From the NCBI GenBank assembly GCA_951406725.2, contig OX597836.1:34720001-34784000 (forward strand): a stretch of 64,000 nt of DNA. Direction: 5' to 3'. The stretch is from Octopus vulgaris. Lineage: Eukaryota. Every line of letters starts with the position of its first letter. Positions within the stretch are counted from its first letter, which is position 1. The position numbers and the translations under genes are program-made. Below, piece after piece: positions 30,004 through 43,618 of this stretch. The notes beneath the pieces were generated by a model. The model was not told where the DNA came from. It did no database searches and saw only the letters and a list, made by a program, of their open reading frames with translations.

Positions 30004-31277
30004 CAGGAGTTGGACAAAATAATGGAAACACCTTAAAATTTCAAACAAATTTATTTTAATATGGGGCAGGACCGCCTTTGGCAGTAATTACAGCTTGAAT
30101 TCTACGAGGTATGGACTCGTACAAAGTTTGAATTGTTTCCAAGGGAATTTTTGTCCATTCTTCAGCTAAAACAGTTCCAGTTCTTGTAGTGATGGTGGAG
30201 GATATCGACTCCTTACTTGTCTTTCGAAAATGCACCATAACTGTTCGATAATATTGAGATCTGGGGCTTGTGGTGGCCAGACAAGATATTCAACTTCACT
30301 AGAATGTTCCTCGTGCCATTCAGTAACAACTTTAGTTGTGTGAATTGGAGGATCATCATCTTGAAAAATTGCGTTTCCCTCCGGAAACAGTTCCGCAACC
30401 ATAAGATGAATTTGATCAGATAAAATGCTTAAATAGTCTTGACTATTAATTCTGCCATGAAGGGAAACCATTGGGCCGGCGGATTTCCAAGATATAGCCC
30501 CCACCGCAGATCATCACAGATCCTCCTCCATGTTTAATAGTTGGAAGAAGGCAATCTGAGTCAAATGCTTCTTTTTGGTTGTCTCCACACGTATACTCAG
30601 CCGATGGTCGGAAATAAGGTAAAGGATGACTCGTCCGAGAAAATAACATTCTTCCTCTGCTCTAGGGACCAATTCTGTAGGTTTTTACTCCACCCTAAAC
30701 GCTTTGCAAAGTTTGTTTTTGAGAGTAGTCGTTTTTGATTGCAGCCCTCCCGTGAAATCCGGGTTTGTGCAGCTCCCAACAAACAGTTTTTTGTGGAAAC
30801 TGGGTTCTCGAAGTGGTCATTAAGCTCTGCAGTAATTTTGGGAGCTGCACTTTTGTGATCCTTTCTAAAAATTCTCGTAAGAGTCCGACGGTCTCTAGCT
30901 GAAAGTTTTGGTTTTCTTCAGGAGTTTTGTTTCGACGAGGAGATTTTTGCGTCTTTCTCAAAGGCTGTCATTACTTTCGAGACAGTACTTCTTGATACAC
31001 TAACCATTTCGGCTGTTTTCGTAACGCTAGCGCCTGCCATACGATCACCAACAATTTGACCTCTTTGAAAGTCCGATAGATCTGACATTTTAATGAATTT
31101 TAATTACCTTTTTCTGATGATATCTTAAAAGAAACAGCAATTTTAGCAAAACATATTAAGCAACACTAATAATAAATCATAAAACATAAAAATAAACAAG
31201 CTTTTAACGGTTTTATAGATATTTTAAAATTATGATGCTATGATGCTAGGTGTTTCCATTATTTTGTCCAACTGCTG
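30004..31277 (-). mobile_element. Tc1-family DNA transposon, about 1.27 kb
   Basis: TIRs CAGGAGTTGGACAAAATAATGGAAACACCT / AGGTGTTTCCATTATTTTGTCCAACTGCTG; TA on the left; inserted in a TA tract. Confidence 0.95.
30056..31088 (-). pseudogene. Tc1 DDE transposase, frameshifted
   Basis: MSDLSDFQRGQIVG (HTH); VIFSDES; KHGGGSVM; FQDDDPPIH; WPPQAPDLNIIE; SIPRRIQAVITAKGG, split across frames. Confidence 0.93.
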
Positions 31278-31300
31278 AATATATATATATATATATATGA

Positions 31301-31366
<66 letters not shown>

Positions 31367-31403
31367 ATGTGTATGTGTGTGTGTATGCATGCATGTATGT
31401 ATT

Positions 31404-31440
<37 letters not shown>

Positions 31441-31485
31441 GTGAATTACTTCTGTTTTGCATATGTTTATCTATTACTTCTGTTT

Positions 31486-31516
<31 letters not shown>

Positions 31517-31520
<4 letters not shown>

Positions 31521-31670
31521 GAGCTTCTGTTAGTTTCCGTCTACCTAATCCACTCACAGGGCTTTGGGCGGCCCGACGCTATAGTAGAAGACACTCGCCC
31601 AAGGTGCCACGCAGTGGGACTGAACCATGGACCGTGTGGTTGGTAAGTAGGCTACTTACCACTCAGCCAT
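31517..31670 (-). mobile_element. SINE family A, 5' half
   Basis: Reverse complement of the head and body. Confidence 0.85.
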
Positions 31671-31700
31671 TATTATATATATAACATACATAAATATAAT

Positions 31701-31732
<32 letters not shown>

Positions 31733-31750
31733 ATTATATATATATATACC

Positions 31751-31790
<40 letters not shown>

Positions 31791-31914
31791 TTGCATGTAT
31801 GTATATATGCGTGCATGTATGTATATATCTACGTATACACTCGCATACATACACATACATGTTTATGCATTTAAGCACACACGCATAATGTATATATGGG
31901 TGCCTTTGCGTTCG

Positions 31915-31949
<35 letters not shown>

Positions 31950-32540
31950 TTACATACATATATATATCTGTGTGTGCATGTGTATGTTGGTGTATGTGTG
32001 TGTGTGTGTAAGTGTGTGCGTGCGTGCGAGCTTATTAATACACATGCATGCGTTCACATATATTTAATATTGTTTGTCTAACACAGAAATGCAGTTGTGA
32101 GACTTTCTCATGAACAATTTCATTCGAGCCGTTTATCAAAAAGCATAAAGTAAACAGAACGGCGTAATATCGCAAAAGAACAATAGCGTTACTGCGAAAG
32201 GCATTATATGCTCTGTTTCCTGCAAATCACGATCGTTATGTCATACACTGCCTTCTGGCCGCAAGAATGGGAATGCATTCGCTACGTACATTGTACGTGT
32301 CTTCGTACAGATGCGTGTGTGTGTGGATGTGTGTGGCTGTGTGTGTGTTTGTGTGTGTTTGTGTGCGTGTGTGTGTGGATGCGTTTATGTATGTATATAT
32401 GTATGTATGTATGTTTGTATGTATGCATGTATGCATGTATGTATATACATATATATATATGAATATTTATATATATATATATATATATGGCCGTAGTCAA
32501 ATGACTGAAACAAGTAAAAGAGAGAGTATATATATATATA

Positions 32541-32623
<83 letters not shown>

Positions 32624-32682
32624 CAGAGAGAGATGGGTAGATAGATAAATAGACAGATAGATACACAGTTAAACAGACAAAG

Positions 32683-32747
<65 letters not shown>

Positions 32748-32987
32748 CGTGTAAGCGTGTGTCTACAGGGAGTAAAAGAGAAAGAGAAGCACACAGACGT
32801 GAATAGTTAATATACTCATGCTCACACCCACGCCTTATATTATGTGTGTGTGTGTGTGTTTGCATGTGTGTATATATGTATGCACGTGTCTATGGATACA
32901 TTTATGTATGCATTATGTATGTATGTCTTATATGTGTGCGTTGAGAGAAAGGGTGGCGGGTAGGCAGATAGATGCATATACAAACAT

Positions 32988-33145
32988 ATATATCATACAT
33001 ACATATATATCATACATATATATCATACATATATATCATACGTATATATCATACATATATATCATACTTATATATCATACTTATATATCATACATATATA
33101 TCATACATATATATCATACATATATATCATATATATATCATATAT
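32988..33145. repeat. 13 bp minisatellite (TCATACATATATA)n, about 11 units
   Basis: Seen directly. Confidence 0.9.
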
Positions 33146-33472
33146 ACACAAACATGTATATCCATGCGCAATGCGCAGAATCGGTTGAGTTCCCATCGAA
33201 TGAGGCAGGCCTTGAATTGTTCGGGTGGAAGGGGTATATGGCTTTTTTTTGTTGTTGTTGCTTTTTTTTTTTACATATAATCCTTTTGGACTTTCTCGCA
33301 ACATATCAAAATCAGAAAAAAACACTCCAGATCCTAATTATTTCTTAATCCTGTGTCGCCGAATTCTATGTCGGAGGAACCATTCCTCTTCATGGGTGGT
33401 TGACTTGATAAATGGCCCGTTGCTTTAGCACCTCCACGTGCCTCTTGGGTGGTTTTAGCAGAGTACTACACC

Positions 33473-33938
33473 CAGGGCCAGATTAAGATCCGCAGAGGCC
33501 CAAAGCACTTAAAATATTTTGGTACCCACATCTATAGGTGTGTGTGTGTGTGTGTGTGTGCGTGTGTGTGCAATTCCAAATATAAACGATAATAAATTTT
33601 TAATTCTCAAAATGATACTAAACTAAAACAAAAAGAAAAATGGGGGAAATGTTTATTTATGTATATTTCCACTTTATTTGTATTTGAAAAGTTTTCTCCG
33701 ACACATTTTTAATTGCAAAAATGTCTTTGATCAGATCCTCATTATGATACCATGAACACTTCGAAATTATATTTCTGATCATATAAACCACTTCGAATAT
33801 AATTTTAGCAAGTTTAAACTGATTTTTTTTTTCTTTTGTATCGTAAACCAATTACCATTTCTGCAGTACCCCCACCCCGTCACTTCCCTTGATGCCCTAA
33901 GCACGTGCTTCTTTTGCTTAATGGTTAACCGAACGCTG
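33473..33938. mobile_element. hAT-type non-autonomous element
   Basis: Ends CAGGGCCAGATTAA / TTAACCGAACGCTG; 8 bp flanks ACTACACC / ACAATACC; DLIKDIFAIK remnant on the minus strand. Confidence 0.6.
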
Positions 33939-34344
33939 ACAATACCTACATCTCTAACACTACGTGGGTTAGATCTTAGATCTACTGATATTGTCCCCTC
34001 TTTCACACCACCATACTCAAAGGCCACGAGATTAAAATGTGTTGAATTTGTAGAAACATCATTGAGTGAACTTTGAGCCATGAATCGTGCCGCTTAAGCA
34101 TCACCATAGGCCCCCAGACAAATTCCTGCACTGGGCCCTATAATATTTATTGTTTTGACAATTAGTCACGGCATACATAAATTAGGGTTGGGCTTTTAGA
34201 CCCACGAGTTCCTTGAGCAACTACCAATGCGAAGCGCATTGTGACCAGCGATGTGTAGCAACATCTGATAGCCTGGTGGCTCAAGGTGATCAAGGTGATA
34301 TAAAGACAGTCAGACAGATAGATTGATAAATAGATAGATTGAAT

Positions 34345-35113
34345 TCACTCACAGCGTTCCTGCCACTTTTGGAATCCGGCCTGGAAGTCGTTTTTTTTTT
34401 TTTTTTGTAAGCGAGTCGAGGATCTTCTGCGATTCTCTCTGGATGTCGACAACGCTGTTAAAATCGGTGATTTTTTAGCTGTATTTTCATCTTGGAGAAG
34501 CGATGGAAGTTCTCAGCTGCTAAATCTGGCAAATAGGGCGGGTGCTGAAGCGATACCAGAGGAGGGAGTGCTCTAGTGACAAGGTGTATTGTCGTAGTGA
34601 GGAATCCAATTCTTCGTGGACGCCAAAGTTGCCTGCACGGACCCATGCAACAGACCAACAACATCAGCAATGTCGTTGATTGCCCTCCAACGATCCTCAT
34701 ACACAAACTGATGAATTTTCTCCCCATTTCAGGGAGTGACGCTCATGACAGATCTCCCAGATCACTCATCGTCTTCCAGGGCCGTTCTTCCGCTGTTGAA
34801 GCGCTCGTGCCACTCGAAATATTGCGTACGACCTCATTGTTTCGTCGCCGTAAGCTTGCCGACGGATGTTCAGTGTCTCTGTAACAGACTTCCTAAGTTT
34901 AACGCAAAATTTCACGTCGGCTCTTTGTTCCAACTTCCTGTCCATGCCGAAAATCGCAGACTACAGCATACACGTGATCTCCAAAAAACATAGATTTCAC
35001 AACTTTCGAAGTCAACACTGTTTCATGAAGGTCACTACTAGCTTTCACTGCAGTGTGCTGCCATCTGCTGGCGCGCTACAGAACTAATTCGGGAACCTTT
35101 TGATACCACCTTG
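34345..35113 (-). mobile_element. Mariner element, internally deleted
   Basis: Terminus TA-CAAGGTGGTATCAAAAGGTT; ATG at 34945, MDRKLEQRADVKFCVKL..AYGDE; HPPYLPDLA; FQAGFQKWQER. Confidence 0.88.
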
Positions 35114-35129
35114 TACAAACATATCTATC

Positions 35130-35515
35130 AACCTACATACATACATCCATACATACATGCATGCATATATAGATACATACATATATGCATATATACATAC
35201 ACACATACATGCTTACATACATGCATACATACATACATACATACACACATACATACATACATACATACATACATACATACATACATACATGCATGCATAC
35301 ATACATACATGCTTGCACACATACATACATACATACATACATACATACATGCATGCATGCATGCATACATACATACATGCTTGCACACATACATACATAC
35401 ATACATACATACATACATGCATACATACATACATACATACATACATACATGCTTGCACACATACATACATACATACATACATACATACATACATACATAC
35501 ATACATACATGCACA
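35130..35515. repeat. (CATA)n with interspersed CATGCTTGCA variants
   Basis: Seen directly. Confidence 0.95.
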
Positions 35516-36401
35516 CAAAATGTCACACACACGTATGTCCACACACTTGCACAAAATCACACGACACGTGCGCGCAAAATCCCGCTTTCTCCCAGAAACA
35601 CACACACACACACACACATACGCGCACACACATGCACATACACGCATATTCACCACCCACCCATTACCTGCACAAAGTAACCTCTAGAAATTCCCCGTGT
35701 CTCGGGTTGCTCTTGGCCACCTGCACCAAGATTTGGCAACGCAGGGTGGTGGTGGCGGCGGCGGCGGCGGCGGTGGTGGTGGTGGTGGTGGTGGTGGTGG
35801 TGGTGGTGCAGGTGATGGTGATATCCTTGCCGCCTCTGTTAAGATGTTCGCGAAGAACTCCACCCCTGTTGCTCTTCATCTGTCACAGCCTATTAGGGTC
35901 TGGCGAGAAAGAGACCATCGCTACCCACACAGCCACCCAGATATCCACTCACCCGGCATTCCTCTGACGTGTTTACGTGTGTCCGCCCCTTCGCCGCACA
36001 CTTTCCACCGCCACCCCTTTACTTAACTTATTTCATTAGAGGCAACAAACTCAACTCTGACTGACAAACTTCTGTTGGTCGCCTCTTCCGCCCGCTCTCG
36101 CCTCTCCCGCATTTCCCCCGCTTAGCCAACAAGGGAGAGTGTACGTGGTCACCTCACCAGGTCTGCTAAAAATAGCAACCAAATCCTCATTAACTCAAGA
36201 CGTAACGTCTTAGAAAAAAAAAACGTCTTTTTAACGGATACACTGGATAATAATAATATACTAGAGGCAAAAAACTGTATGGTCATGACTGGAACGCTTT
36301 TGATCGTGGACTGCGGTTTAAATATATTCTTTGCGCCACCTCTCTCTCCCTCCTCCTTTCTGTCTGTCTTTCTACCTTTCACTTTTTCCTTTAATATACA
36401 C

Positions 36402-36440
<39 letters not shown>

Positions 36441-36543
36441 TGCGTGTATATATGTATATACACATTCATATACATATAGACCTGCTTTTAAAATATACTC
36501 TGCTTTAAATATGTCTCTATGTATGTATATATATGTATGTATG

Positions 36544-36577
<34 letters not shown>

Positions 36578-36627
36578 TGTATGTGCGTGCATGTATGTAT
36601 TTATGTGTAAGTATGTATATATGTACG

Positions 36628-37031
<404 letters not shown>

Positions 37032-37425
37032 AAAAGAAAGAAAGTTGACCAGAAGAGAATTAATGCATTCGAGCTTTGGTGTTGGAGAAGACTTTTACGG
37101 ATTTCATGGACAGCGAGGCTCACCAATGGAGAAGTTCTTAACCAGATCAATCCGAAACTGTCGCTAGAAGCTAGGATCACCAAGCATAGATTGACATATT
37201 TTGGTCATATTATGCGGAGAAAATCCCTGGAGAAGATCATGCTCGGAATGGCCAGTGGCAAGAGAGGAAGAGGCCGACCAAGAACCTGCTGGCTTGACAC
37301 CATCAAGAGTGATACGGGAATGGACATAGCCAATCTGAAAGAAGCGGCCTAGGATAGAACTGACTGGAGGACACTGATCCAACGAGTAACTGAGAGTCGA
37401 CTTCGACTGAGCGGATAGATAGATA
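37032..37425 (+). mobile_element. RTE (BovB-like) LINE, 3' end
   Basis: RINAFELWCWRRLLRISWT..YFGHIMRR..GKRGRGRPRTCWLD; (TAGA)n tail. Confidence 0.92.
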
Positions 37426-37606
37426 GTGAAACCACTTAACCTTGTGTATATGTGTGTGTGTATGTGTGTGTGTGAGTTTGTGTGCATGTGTATATGTGTG
37501 TGTGTGTGCATGTGCTTGTGTGTGTTTGCGTTAGTCCCCAGCACCACAGCATGAACAATCTGAGTTGGTTTACTTACTTCTTTATAACTTATATATATAT
37601 ATATAT

Positions 37607-37688
<82 letters not shown>

Positions 37689-37800
37689 TCAGATGAATAT
37701 GGTACTTAAGTTGAGGCACCAGAACTTAGTGCGGTATTATCCATACAATTTCAAAGTAAGGTAATTTAAATCAAAATAAGCAACAAGGATATCCAGAGGT

Positions 37801-37891
37801 AATACAGTACGATCGTTTCATGCAACTCCATTTAATTAAACAATGCAGTCATTACACCAATTTAAGATGCAGAGCAATCTTCAGCTGCACA
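37801..37891 (-). ncRNA. Type I hammerhead motif with extended stem II
   Basis: GUGCAG-CUGAAGA-[58 nt hairpin]-GAAA-CGAUCG-UA-CUGUAU. Confidence 0.72.
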
Positions 37892-38057
37892 ATGACATAG
37901 AATTTAATTAAATTAGAACAGATGGATATATTAGTATAACTATACCTAAAATCTCCAAGAAGTTAAGGAGATGGACAAAGAACATGCTATCCCAAATGAA
38001 TTTTTTAAGAAGATATACTTTGTTACAGACTCTGCCTGTCACTGATTTTTTTTTATG

Positions 38058-38335
38058 GGGTCAGTTTTAATTTATAGACTAGTTTATCAAATCCCTTGTA
38101 TACCTAAGGCTGAGAGAACATAAAAATTTTTATGACTATACCAACTATGATGTCTGTCTGCTCCCTCAGCCCTACCCCTAACAGATACTGCCCTCTTTTC
38201 TCTCGGCCTTAGATATACAAGGCATTTGATAAACTAGTCTATAAACTAGTCTATGATATGTTTTAAGAATTCCAAGTGAATTCACTTGAAATTCTTAAAA
38301 TATATCATGTGAATTGATAAATATCAAACAGACCC
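38058..38335. mobile_element. MITE-like element with two internal hairpins
   Basis: Ends GGGTCAGTTTTA / TCAAACAGACCC; inverted repeat 38071-38118 vs 38197-38244; palindrome 38253-38308. Confidence 0.65.
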
Positions 38336-38708
38336 TGCTTCAGAAGTATATTAATTTGAATGCAATTTAGATCCTTACTTTTCATAGTTTATTTTACATT
38401 TCAAGTATATGTTTAGCCTATCTCAACAAATCCGAGAAATTCAGAAATCCGGGCCACTTCCGGTGCCTGGCTTGCCGAATAATTGGTCTGGTACTGTAAT
38501 ATATTTTTCAAATTTTCTATCAATTTTTAGGGCTTTTATCGTTTCTTTTCCGTTGCTTGTTATGTTTTTTGTTTTATTTTCCGATTGTTATGTTCCTAAA
38601 AATGTCCTCTCTATTCTTATTTTCGTGTGTTGTGCTTCTGGTTTCTGTCTTTACTCATTTGAATATACTGTATAACGCCCAACCACTAGGCTACCCATCA
38701 TATCTTGC

Positions 38709-38732
38709 CTGAAGAAGGATGTTTCACTCGAA
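38709..38732 (+). ncRNA. Truncated hammerhead-like motif interrupted by a SINE A tail
   Basis: CUGAAGA-A-GGAUG-UUU-CACUC-GAA followed directly by TGACTGAAACACGTAAAAGAGTAAAA. Confidence 0.35.
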
Positions 38733-39363
38733 TGACTGAAACACGTAAAAGAGTAAAACATTGGGAAAATTACCGTTATAAAGCGGGGAAATGTGTCAAC
38801 AAACAGCCATAGGACACGAACCCATATCTCTTGAAGACTCCAGCCAAGTGCTTTACCATGGTTGCTTGTTGACAAAATTTTCCGCTTTGTAAGAGTAATT
38901 TACCCAATGCATCTGCTGTTCTAACGGCGTTTCTGCATTCGAAAATAAATTATCATCTTATTTTGTATTTATATACAAATTTCGGCGCTTATAAAAAAAA
39001 CAAAAACATATAATATAATAAAATTCCTTTATTTATTCGTATGTTTTTTTTTTTTATAAATAATTGAATAAATAAATAAATTTAATTTGTTCATTAAAAT
39101 TTGTTCGGTTGAAGATTTGGAATCCGAAAGAATTTTTTTAACAATGCATATATTTAAGCTGGAACGGGGATTTGATTTGGTTGGGAATCGGGCGGTGGGG
39201 GTGTGGGGTTATTGGAGAATTATTTCAAGAAATGAAAGTAAAAGGCTATAAATATAAGAGGCTGCTTTTCTGTCTTTTTTTTTTGTTTTTGAGGGGTGGG
39301 GACTTTATTCAGCAATATAAACTTCAGATATACAAACATACAAACACATGAGGTATGTATGTA

Positions 39364-39410
<47 letters not shown>

Positions 39411-39607
39411 GTGTGTGTGTGAGCTTGTGCGTGAGTATATACGTATACGTATGTATGTATATATGTATGCTTGCATACATTATATGTATGGGTGTGTTGT
39501 ATATAAAATTATTACAAAAATATTTACATATATATATATATACATATGTATATATATATATATACACACACACTCATTATATATAATGTGGTGTGTATGT
39601 AGCGATA

Positions 39608-39678
<71 letters not shown>

Positions 39679-39728
39679 GTATTATATATATGTGTCTGTA
39701 CGTATATATATACATTATATATATACAC

Positions 39729-39768
<40 letters not shown>

Positions 39769-39846
39769 CATACATATATATATACATATAAATATATGGG
39801 TGTGTCGTATACAAATGTATTAGAAAAATACATACATATATATATG

Positions 39847-39892
<46 letters not shown>

Positions 39893-40599
39893 TATATACA
39901 TACATATATATACATACTTCACATATACTTTATATTTACTATGTGTATGTATCATACATATGCATACATATACATATACATATATATATATACACGCACA
40001 GATATGCATATACATATATCAGCTTCAAGATAATAGTATTTTTGTTAAGATAATAAATATATCACATCAGTGCACAACAAAAATTTTACCACAATCAATA
40101 GTAGCGCGTATTCAACTGCACAGAATGAATATCACTGTGTGTGTGTGTGTGTGATAAAGTGTCCTCTTAGAAGCAGACACATTTAATATCCTCCTGTACT
40201 GCACTTTATCAAACAAAGAACAAACTCTTAACATAAATTCTAATTAACGATATAAATGCACTTACAATGTTGTTAGACCAAACCGTATAGGATTTCAATC
40301 GAAGAATAAACAAAAATCACATCCACCACCACCACCACCACCACCACCACCTTCGCTACTACTACAACTACTACGACTACTAACGCCCTAACTCAAATAT
40401 AATTGACAGCATTCTTGAAGTTTAGCTCAAAATCCAAGTTAAGGCCTTGTATATAAACCTGATAAAAAGAATCTTGAGAAACACTGAAACCAACGAGAAC
40501 ATTCCAGATAATGATAGAAGCCTTAATGGCGTTCAAGATCGAGCTAGTATTAGGCTCCAAGCTTACTCTTTAGGCTAAAGTAGCGAGGGACTGCAATGA

Positions 40600-41930
40600 A
40601 CCTCGAGGAAACGTGAGGGAACGCGAAGGAACGCGAGGGAAGGTGAAGGAACGTGAGGAAAATGTGAAGGACCGCGGGAGACCGTGAAGGACCGCGAGGG
40701 ACCGTGAGGGAATGTGAAGGGCCACGAAGTAACGTGAGGGAACGCGAAGAAACGCGAGGGACGGTGAAAGAACGTGAGGAAAATGTGAAGGACCGCGAGA
40801 GACCATGAGGAACCGCGAGGGACCGTGAGGGAATGTGAAGGGCCACGAAGTAACGTGAGGGAACGCGAAGAAACGTGAGGGACGGTGAAAGAACGTGAGG
40901 AAAATGTGAAGGACCACGAAAGACCGTGATGGACCGTGAGGGAATGTGAAGGGCCACGAAGTAACGTGAGGGAACGCGAAGAAACGTGAGAGATGGTGAA
41001 AGAACGTGAGGAAAATGTGAAGGACCGCGAGAGACCGTGAGGAACCGCGAGGGACCGTGAGGGAATGTGAAGGGCCACGATGTAACGTGAGGGAACGCGA
41101 AGAAACGTGAGGGATGGTGAAAGAACGTGAGGAAAATGTGAAGGACCGCGAAAGACCGTGATGGACCGTAAGGGAATGTGAAGGGCCACGAAGTAACGTG
41201 AGGGAACGCGAAGAAACGTGAGGGACGGTGAAAGAACGTGAGGAAAATGTGAAGGACCACGAAAGACCGTGAGGGACCATGAGGGAATGTGAAGGGCCAC
41301 GAAGTAACGTGAGGGAACGCGAAGAAACGTGAGAGATGGTAAAAGAACGTGAGGAAAATGTGAAGGACCGCGAGAGACCGTGAGGAACCGCGAGGGACCG
41401 TGAGGGAATGTGAAGGGCCACGATGTAACGTGAGGGAACGCGAAGAAACGTGAGGGACGGTGAAAGAACGTGAGGAAAATGTGAAGGACCGCGAAAGACC
41501 GTGATGGACCGTAAGGGAATGTGAAGGGCCACGAAGTAACGTGAGGGAACGCGAAGAAGCGTGAGAGATGGTGAAAGAACGTGAGGAAAATGTGAAGGAC
41601 CGCGAGAGAACGTGAGGGAATGTGAAGGGCTACGAAGTAACGTGAGGGAACGCGAAGAAACGAGAGGGACAGTGAAAGAACGTGATGAAAATGTGAAGGA
41701 CCGCGAGAGACCGTGAGGGATCGTGGGGGAATGTGAAGGGCCACAAAGTAACGTGACGGAACGCGAAGAAACGTGAGAGATGGTGAAAGAACGTGAGGAA
41801 AATGTGAAGGACCGCGAGAGACCGTGAGGGAATGTAAAGGGCCACGAAGTAACGTGAGGGAACGGGAAGAAACGTGAGAGAACGCGAGGGAGCGCCAAGG
41901 AACGCTGGGGACCGCGAGAGAATGGAAGAG
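40600..41930. repeat. CpG-rich higher-order satellite built from 10 bp monomers
   Basis: Marker GCCACGAAGT at 40721, 40842, 40953, 41074, 41185, 41296, 41417, 41528, 41629, 41740, 41841. Confidence 0.97.
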
Positions 41931-41985
41931 AACTTAAGGGAACGTAAGCTAACAAGATATTTCAAGCGACAGTGCTATTGTTTCT

Positions 41986-42262
41986 TATTTCTATATTGCC
42001 CACCAGGGGCTAAACATAGAGGGGACAAACAAAGACAGACAAACGGATTAAGTCGATTACATTGATCCCAGTGCGTAACTTGTACTTAATTTATCAACTC
42101 CGAAAGGATGAAAGGTAAAGTGGACCACGATGGATTATGAACTCAGAACGTAACGGAAGACGAAATACCTATTTCTTTACTACCCACAAGGAGCTAAACG
42201 CAGAGAGGACAAACAAGGACAGACAAATGGATTAAGTCGATGACATCGACCCCAATGCGACT
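41986..42262 (-). mobile_element. SINE family B, 1.5-mer
   Basis: 184 nt unit plus a partial unit; junction at 42169/42170. Confidence 0.88.
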
Positions 42263-42513
42263 TCATATTATTTTACTTTCGCAGTATTGTATTAACAAAC
42301 TTGTATCATTTATGCTAATATACTGGTGCCTGTATTTTATTCAACTGTTTAACTAAATTTAATAGTTGCTTAATTTAGAGGTGACAACCTAGAATCTGCA
42401 AAACCAGTAATCCGGAAAGGCTGATCGATGTTCTACTTATATTAGCTTGACTTGACAATTTGTATAACATACAGATAAAAAGTTCAATACATAAGGAAGG
42501 TAGAAGCGAGTAG

Positions 42514-42946
42514 GGATCTTTTCGGTTTGAACGGCAGATTTTTTCTAGCGGCGTCATATGAAATTGTCGCCCATAATTATGACCCTAGTATCGATCTATT
42601 GCATTTCAATCTGTTTTAGGGTTAGGGTTAGTTAGGGTTAGGGTTAGGGGTGGAGGAAGGGTGTCTTTTTTTCTTCAGAAATGTAAATAAACCCAATCTG
42701 TTTCTTAAACGAGGGACATATTCATACGGCACAGAATGTTTTTTTACCTCAATAGACGTCATTGATTGGTTGAAATTGCAGAAATTGAAGAAAAAACAAC
42801 AAATATCTTACAAACCATAGAATTTTCTCAATAAAGCCAAGAGAAAAAAATGTTTTATAAAAAAATTCTACCAGTATACGAAGTTTAAAAGTGTTTAGTT
42901 ACGTGGAAATTATTTTTAAAAACTGCCGTTCAAACCGAAAAGGTCC
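42514..42946. mobile_element. MITE with 8 bp TSD and internal TTAGGG repeats (Merlin-like ends)
   Basis: TIRs GGATCTTTTCGGTTTGAACGGCAG / CTGCCGTTCAAACCGAAAAGGTCC; perfect TSD GCGAGTAG. Confidence 0.9.
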
Positions 42947-43169
42947 GCGAGTAGAAAGCATGCATTAGGCTAGAGAAATTAGACAGAGACTTAGGTATTT
43001 ATTTTACTGAAGGGTATATAGTAGGTAACAACAAAACCAAAAGAAAGACGTAAAAACACGCAAAATGAACACAGAAAAAGAACAGATCTACATATATATT
43101 AGGACAAGCAAAAATATATATTTAGGGATACGTGCGCGCGCACACACACACATACACACACACATATAT

Positions 43170-43556
43170 ACTCTTACTCTTTTACTTGTTTCAGTCATTT
43201 GACTGCGGCCATGCTGGAGCACCGCCTTTAGTCGATCAAATCGACCCCGGGACTTATTCTTTTATAAGCCCAGTACTTATTCTATCGGTCTCTTTTGCCG
43301 AAACGCTAAGTGACGGTGACGTAAACACACCAGCATCGGTTGTCAAGCAATGCTAGGGGGACAAACTCAGACACACAACCCCCCACACACACACACATAT
43401 ATATATATATATACATATGTACGACAGGCTTCTTTCAGTTTCCGTCTACGAAATCCACTCACAAGGCATTGGTCGGCCCGGGGCTATAGCAGAAGACACT
43501 TGCCCAAGATGCCATGTGGTTGGTTAGCAACCTACTTACCACACAGCCACTCCTGC

Positions 43557-43558
<2 letters not shown>
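43170..43558 (-). mobile_element. SINE family A
   Basis: Head to tail, with a small internal deletion. Confidence 0.92.

Positions 43559-43618
<60 letters not shown>

Noticed and set aside
40600-41930. CRISPR-like appearance
   Set aside because: No unique spacers, no cas genes, eukaryotic context
40550-41965. 236-461 aa repetitive ORFs in the satellite
   Set aside because: Open in all three minus frames because of base composition; unit lengths of 121 and 101 are not multiples of 3
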